DNA of 64,000 nt, taken from the NCBI RefSeq assembly GCF_033153115.1, contig NW_026889752.1, positions 2,294,001 to 2,358,000 on the forward strand, written 5' to 3'. The stretch comes from Saccostrea echinata. Its lineage: Eukaryota. Position numbers and translations under genes: made by a program. Every line of letters begins with the position of its first letter. The first letter of the stretch is position 1. Below, piece by piece: positions 58,265 through 64,000 of the stretch. The notes beneath the pieces are model-generated. The model was not told the origin of the DNA. It searched no databases and saw nothing but the letters and a program-made list of their open reading frames with translations.

Positions 58265-59290
58265 TTTATCCCCGTTTCTTTATATAGAAAAAGTCATTTC
58301 TTTTTACTCCCATATGACCCCCAGAGTGAAAAAGAAAATTTGGAAAAATTATTGTAAATCTACAGGACACCACCAATCGTCTTCCTAAAGACAATAAGGC
58401 TACTAAGTAAAATGTGAGGGGAGTTCTGGGAAGCAGGGTTTTTTTATATGGAAAAATGTCATTTTCGACCCCCATTTGACCCCCAGGATGAAAATGAAAA
58501 CTCGGAAAACTGATTGCAAATCAATAGGACACCCTCAATCATCTTCCAAAAGATGATTAGGTTAATAAGTGAAGTGTAAGAGGAGTTCTGGGAAACAGTT
58601 TTTTGTACGAAAAACCTCGGTTTTCGACCCCCATTTGACCCTCATGGTGAAAATGAAAATTCCGAAACTTATTGCACATCTACAGCTAGGACACACCAAT
58701 CATCTTCCAAAAGATGATTAGGCTACTGTATAAAATGTAAGAGCAGTTCTAGAAACCAAGGTTTTTGGGTATCTAAAACATTTGGTCATTTTTTTTTACT
58801 CCCATTTGACCCCTAGTTTGAAAATGAAATTTCTGAAACCTTATTTTACATTTACAATACACCACCAATCATCTTCCAAAAGATGATTAGGCTACTGCAT
58901 AAAATGCAGTAAAATCTCGGAACCAGGTTTTTTGGGGTATCAAAAACGTCATTTTTCGAACCCCCAGTCATTTTACCCACGGGTGTAAATATAAATCCCG
59001 AAGCCTTATTGCCCATCTATAGGACACCACCAATCATCTTCCAAATTTAGGAGGAGTTCTGGGAACCAGGTATTTGTAGAAAAATGTCATTTTTTGACCA
59101 ACATTTTGCTTCAGGGCAAAATTGAAAATTCTTAAACCTTATTGCATACCACCTATTATATTCCCAAAGATTAATTGGTTACTGCTTAATATAAAAGGGG
59201 AGTTTGAGGAGGAAAGAGTGTCAGACGGACGGACGGACCAGGGTAACAACAATATACCTGCACTTTCTTTAGAAAGTACGGGAATAAAAA
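58265..59290 (-). mobile_element. HINE-type element with ~160-bp satellite array (5-6 units)
   Basis: CCCATTTGACCC...GAAAATGAAA...GGACACCACCAATCATCTTCCAAAAGATGATTAGG recurs at ~58310, 58471, 58630, 58801 and 58960. A (GACG)n tract and hairpin mark the right end. Confidence 0.75.
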
Positions 59291-60114
59291 TATTTCGCAG
59301 ATGAGCTGTCTATGAGGGGTGTCTATATGTCCCTACTGCCTGTGTGTTCGGTGTAAATATAGTAAAAATATAGTAAAAAGAATTAAGTAAACATTTTTAA
59401 AATGTCTTTTGGGGTTGTCTGAAAACCAGATTGATACATGCGAATCATTTTGCATGGCAAATCAAGAAAATATCTGGATACTGTATGAACCAATATTGTT
59501 CAGGGCATTGCCCTTTGCATATGTTTAAATATACATTATATAATGAAAACTATTTTCCATTTGGGTTAACGCAGGATTTTTTCTAATAAGTTCTCAACTT
59601 CTGTATGTAGAATACAATTGTGGACAAACAGACATGTATTTGTCAGGTCATAGCTTTTATATTTAATTTGATTACACATTACTCCGTAAACCTGATCAAC
59701 ACACAGGGGAAGCTCACTCCTCCTAGGCACCTGATCTCGCCTTTGGTGTTTCCAGGGATTAGTGTTTTTCCCTATTCAGATTTGTTGTATTTTCTGGATT
59801 TATGAAATTGATCACTGTTCATTATCTTTACATTTTACATTCTATTTGATTTTCACATTTTATAATGAATACTACTGTAGCATCACAGTCTTACCTTCTA
59901 TGGACTTTTTGAGGCACATGCATTGAACTATAATACTTAGTCTAGTATGCAAACAAATAAAATATTTACCTCATTTAACTTTTATTCATAAAATTAATGT
60001 TGTTTCTGCAGGCGAAACATGCGTTCCTTGCAACTGTCTAGTTTTTATTCAGCGATATGCTCTGTCATAATCTTTAAAAGGACCAATAAAATATAGTGTA
60101 TGTTAGGAAGTAAT

Positions 60115-60468
60115 TAGATTGATTGATTGATTGCATGTTGTTTTACGTCCCATTCGAGAACTTTTCACTCATATAGAGACGTCACTGTATGCCGGAGAAG
60201 GGCTTCAAATTTAGACCTAAATCGGCACTAAGGTCCATTGAGCAGTGAGGGTTCTTTATCGTGCCAACGCCTACCATGACACGGGGCCCACGTTTTTAAG
60301 GTCATATCCGAAAGACCTGTGACTTTCACTTCTAATTCCGGGTGCTTGGCGAAGGAACAGTCAATACCTCGTTTACGTCTTAGGTTTCAAGCGGCGCGGC
60401 GAACGAGAATCGAACCCAGACCTTCCGATCACGAAGCGAACGCCCTACCACTAGGCTACCATGACCGG
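60115..60468 (-). mobile_element. tRNA-derived SINE
   Basis: (GATT)n tail on the + strand and the same body as 41503-41848. The head GGTAGCCTAGTGGTAGGGCG...GGTTCGATTC is on the minus strand. A degenerate relative lies at ~61895-62100. Confidence 0.85.
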
Positions 60469-60602
60469 TGGGATGTAATGGAAAAGCAACTGGCTAATCA
60501 TATTTAAACACACTTCATTATAACTTAATCAGTAAACCAAATTAAAAAGATAATCTCTAAATAAATTTTAAGGATCTCAATTTATATCTGTCTCGTCCAC
60601 AG

Positions 60603-61348
60603 AGAACTTGAGTAGAAAACCAACAACGAATGTATCCCAGAATTCCATGTATTTGCAGAGAAAAGCAACATACGCAAATGACGGTAACCTGAATACAACA
60701 CTTGATTATTGCGCCCATACTGCTGTCAACCAGTCTAAGGCTTGGTTCCAAGTTGATCTAGGAAAACCTCACAAAATAAACAACATTAAGATATACTATA
60801 GAAGAGAAGGTATGGAAAAATTCATGCAAGATCTAAAGTAGTTTATTCAAACAGATAATATTACTTTTTCTAAGAATCAAATATACATGTAATTCAAAAT
60901 TGTTTGAAATGTCACAAATTGACATTCGATTTATTATATTCATATTTTCTCCGCATTTAAAAATTATCATGATCAAATGAATAATATTTATGTATTTCTA
61001 CATTAACAAGGTGTACACACGCGTAACACAGTAGGAAAATAAGAAAGTAATTTAATAATAAGAAAATAATTTCATGTCTTAGGAGATGGAGATAAAGATT
61101 GGAAACAATATAGATTTAGAAACTTTTATTTGGATGTCTCTGACTCCCCTGCTAGTGAGACTATCACGACGCAAAGGACTCGATGCTATACAGACATTAG
61201 CATAGGATCAGCCTTACCTAATAATATTATCGATATTCCCTGTGAACATAGAGCCAGATACATCATCGTGGAATCTACATATAAAGCTCCAGAAGATACA
61301 AAATCCACGGGGCCCATTCTGGAAATCTGTGAGATAGAAGTTTATGGT
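60603..61348 (+). CDS. Partial gene: two exons (60603-60809, 61083-61348) encoding a galactose-binding-like / F-type-lectin-like domain, typical N-terminus of bivalve MEGF/scavenger-receptor/RPTP-like proteins
   Basis: Translation (E)NLSRKPTTNVSQNS...ATYANDGN...CAHTAVNQSKAWFQVDLGKPHKINNIKIYYRRE|GDGDKDWKQYRFRNFYLDVS...RCYTD...IDIPCEHRARYIIVE...LEICEIEVY. GT-AG sites are canonical. The gene probably continues beyond the window. Confidence 0.8.
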
Positions 61349-62634
61349 GGTAAATGATCTTTTAACGATTTTTGAATGGGAATGCTTCTGTATTGTGAAT
61401 TTTATATATATAGCAATCAAGTTTTCATTTGTTAACTAGGCCCTTTGCTTTGTTGTCTGGTGTTTGTTTTTTATATTATTTTTTGTTTAGTTGTAATAAT
61501 TTTTGTCAGGAATCGGTGCATGATTGCATGATTGTCATTTCAAATATACTAATAGTATGAGGATAATGTTTAATTATTTATAGTTTTAAATAAAATTTTA
61601 TGCATACTTAAATTTTGCAACACACATTCTAAATCAATCGTATCTTTATTGACTGTTCAGTGCTCATCTACATTAACATTATATGTATATACCTCGTTCT
61701 CAACGGCTGACCCTATAATCTCCTAGCTTTTGCAAACCTTTCTTGCTTGTTGGTGTAAATCCAAACTTTGTTTTAGCTCGAACCCTTAAAGTCAGGCTTA
61801 GCAAATGACGCCACCCAATGTATTCATTTGTTTGCTTTACATTCCTTCGAATATCACTCATGTTGGGACGCCATCAATTGAACACTGCTGAAGACCTGTA
61901 CTCGGCACTTATGGCCATTTAGCTGTAAAGGATCGTAATCGTGCCAGCATTTACTGCAACGCAGGTCCTCGGTTAATTCCGTCTCATCCGAAGAATACTC
62001 CCCACACGTAGCGCGATGGCTTTCAAATCCGCGACCTAAGGATCAACTTCATTTTTTCCGACTCTAAAATGAAACTAGACCACTGCCTGGCGCAGTGGTT
62101 TGAGCGACGTACAGATTTTCTGAAAAGAAAAGAACAGAATACACAATTTCAACTTGATGGATATTGAATAAATGTATCACTTATAAATCTGTTAAGTATT
62201 ATATACAGGATCAGTTAAAAATGATAAAATATAAGCAATTGGGTTCGGGGTTATGTACATGTATTTGAGTGCAAATGGCACAGATCTTCAGACCTCATTT
62301 TTAAACAGTGTTTGGTATTTTACTTCATTTTGAAAAAATGAAGATTTTTTTGAAGGATACATGATTTCAAGTTAAATGTGGGATAATTACATGTTATAAA
62401 AGAGTGATGCAAAGTGATCTTAATAATTCTAAATTTCTGTCCAAAAAAAAACATGTTCACTTCATCACAATTATATCAATTATGAGGTTTTAGAGACTTT
62501 TCGAGGGAATATGTAAATTTAAATGACATAAAGAATAAACCGGCAAGATTAATAACGTAATAAGAATATATATAAGAAAAAAATAATAAAAGAAACAGAA
62601 ATGTTTTGTTATTATAGATCTCCTTAACCTATAC

Positions 62635-63732
62635 TACGATGGCCGATAGCGGCCGACAATTTACACTAATGTTATGTGTGTAACATGTACAGCATTTTCA
62701 CTGAAAACTCACTGACACATTACACCTAAAAGGAAAAGTGTACAAAGTGTACAGCGTCAAAGCAAATTCCGTGTACACTCTACACCAAAGTTATGTGTGT
62801 AAAGTGTCAGAAAAACTTTCATGTACACTCTACATCTAAAGGTGAAATCAAGATTCAAAACAGAACCAGACGTGTTTCTTTGTGTTGCTCCCACAAGGTA
62901 CCTCTTGAAGTTCACATAGATCTGGCAACAACATTCAAAAAAAAAAAATTCAAGATACTAAAAAATCAAATTTTGACTTAATTCTATTCTCATTTTATGG
63001 TTTTGGGGCCTGAGGAAATGCTGGCAAATTAAGTTCTTTGGTAAATAATCAGTAAAGAGCAAAATTAGTATTTTATGAAAGGTTTAAAAGGGTCATCAAT
63101 TAAATTACAGGTACTTAATCAGATCATGATAATAACTATCGAAAATGCTATTTAGGACACAGCTTGGAAAACGGATCAGTCTGCCAGTAGGAGAGGTACA
63201 TCAGCATTCAAATTTTCCAGTCAAAAAATGGAAAGTGATAATTATCACATAAAATGATTGTGAATATTACTGCTAAGTAAAAGAAAATGATTCACTTTAT
63301 ATATTTTGAATAACCTTTCATCCATATTTACTAGAAACAAGATTTTTCACTTCCAGAACTATGTGAACTGTTTGATATCTTCTACTGGACAGACGCATTT
63401 ATTTAGCCATTTCCTTATAGCGAAAATATAAATAAAAATTACTTCAGGTTTATGTGAACATCAAGAGGCACTTTGAGGGAGCAGCACGATAAAGAAACAT
63501 TGGATCTGTTTTGAATCTTGATATCACCTTTAGGTGTAGAGTGTACATGAAAGTTTTTCTGACACTTTACACACATAACTTTGGTGTAGAGTGTACATGG
63601 AATTTGCTTTGACACTGTACACTTCGTACACTTTTCCTTTTAGGTGTAATGTGTCAGTGAGTTTTCAGTGAAAATGCTGTACATGTTACACATAACATTA
63701 GTGTAAATTGACGGCCGCTATCGGCCATCGTA
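62635..63732. mobile_element. Non-autonomous DNA element with ~210-bp TIRs and 6-bp flanking direct repeat
   Basis: TACGATGGCCGATAGCGGCCG...CTAAAGGTGA (62635-62845) is the near-perfect reverse complement of 63525-63732. It is flanked by CTATAC at 62629-62634 and 63733-63738, and has internal TGTACAC repeats. Confidence 0.88.
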
Positions 63733-64000
63733 CTATACACATTAACGAATCTGTACACAGACGGATGTAAGATATTGAATATCTACAGTGACAGTATTAT
63801 CTTGAATATGACAGTAGCTTTCTACGAACAAACATGCATTGACAATAAAATCCGGAAAAACTTCCTGAGTTTTTTCACTTCAATTTTGTAAAAAGTATAT
63901 TGTTTCAAATATCATGCTTCATCTCGAATGGATAGACTGACGAGCTTTGCTAACTTTAAAGTAAAGCTGCAATAGTGGACCAAAGGTTTGTAGATAAGCC

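Overview
AT-rich, intron-containing animal genomic DNA. The repeat families (HINE/Helentron-like elements with ~146-165 bp satellite arrays, tRNA-derived SINEs) and gene content point to a bivalve, most likely an oyster (inferred). Four host genes were reconstructed by hand from splice signals. (1) A minus-strand BTB-BACK gene (2 coding exons, 417 aa). (2) A divergently transcribed calcyphosin-2 (CAPS2) orthologue (18 coding exons, 656 aa, one GC-AG intron). (3) A 4-exon, ~1105 aa HEPN(DZIP3-type)-coiled coil-STAND NTPase (nSTAND3-like)-ankyrin gene with an intact RxxxxH RNase motif, i.e. an NLR/Avs-like architecture. (4) The 5' part of a gene with an F-type-lectin-like domain. Three features stand out. 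First, a pol-less BEL/Pao LTR element (33834-36701) whose gag is fused in frame to an intronless ~300-codon segment resembling the ciliary gene CFAP58, suggesting host-gene capture. Second, an 8.2-kb foldback element that makes up ~98% of CAPS2 intron 9, with >1 kb near-identical inverted arms carrying many RFX X-box-like motifs. Third, the HEPN-STAND-ankyrin gene. Many nested MITEs, SINEs and HINEs with visible target-site duplications fill the rest. Family assignments come from motif recognition and recalled homologues; no database search was run.
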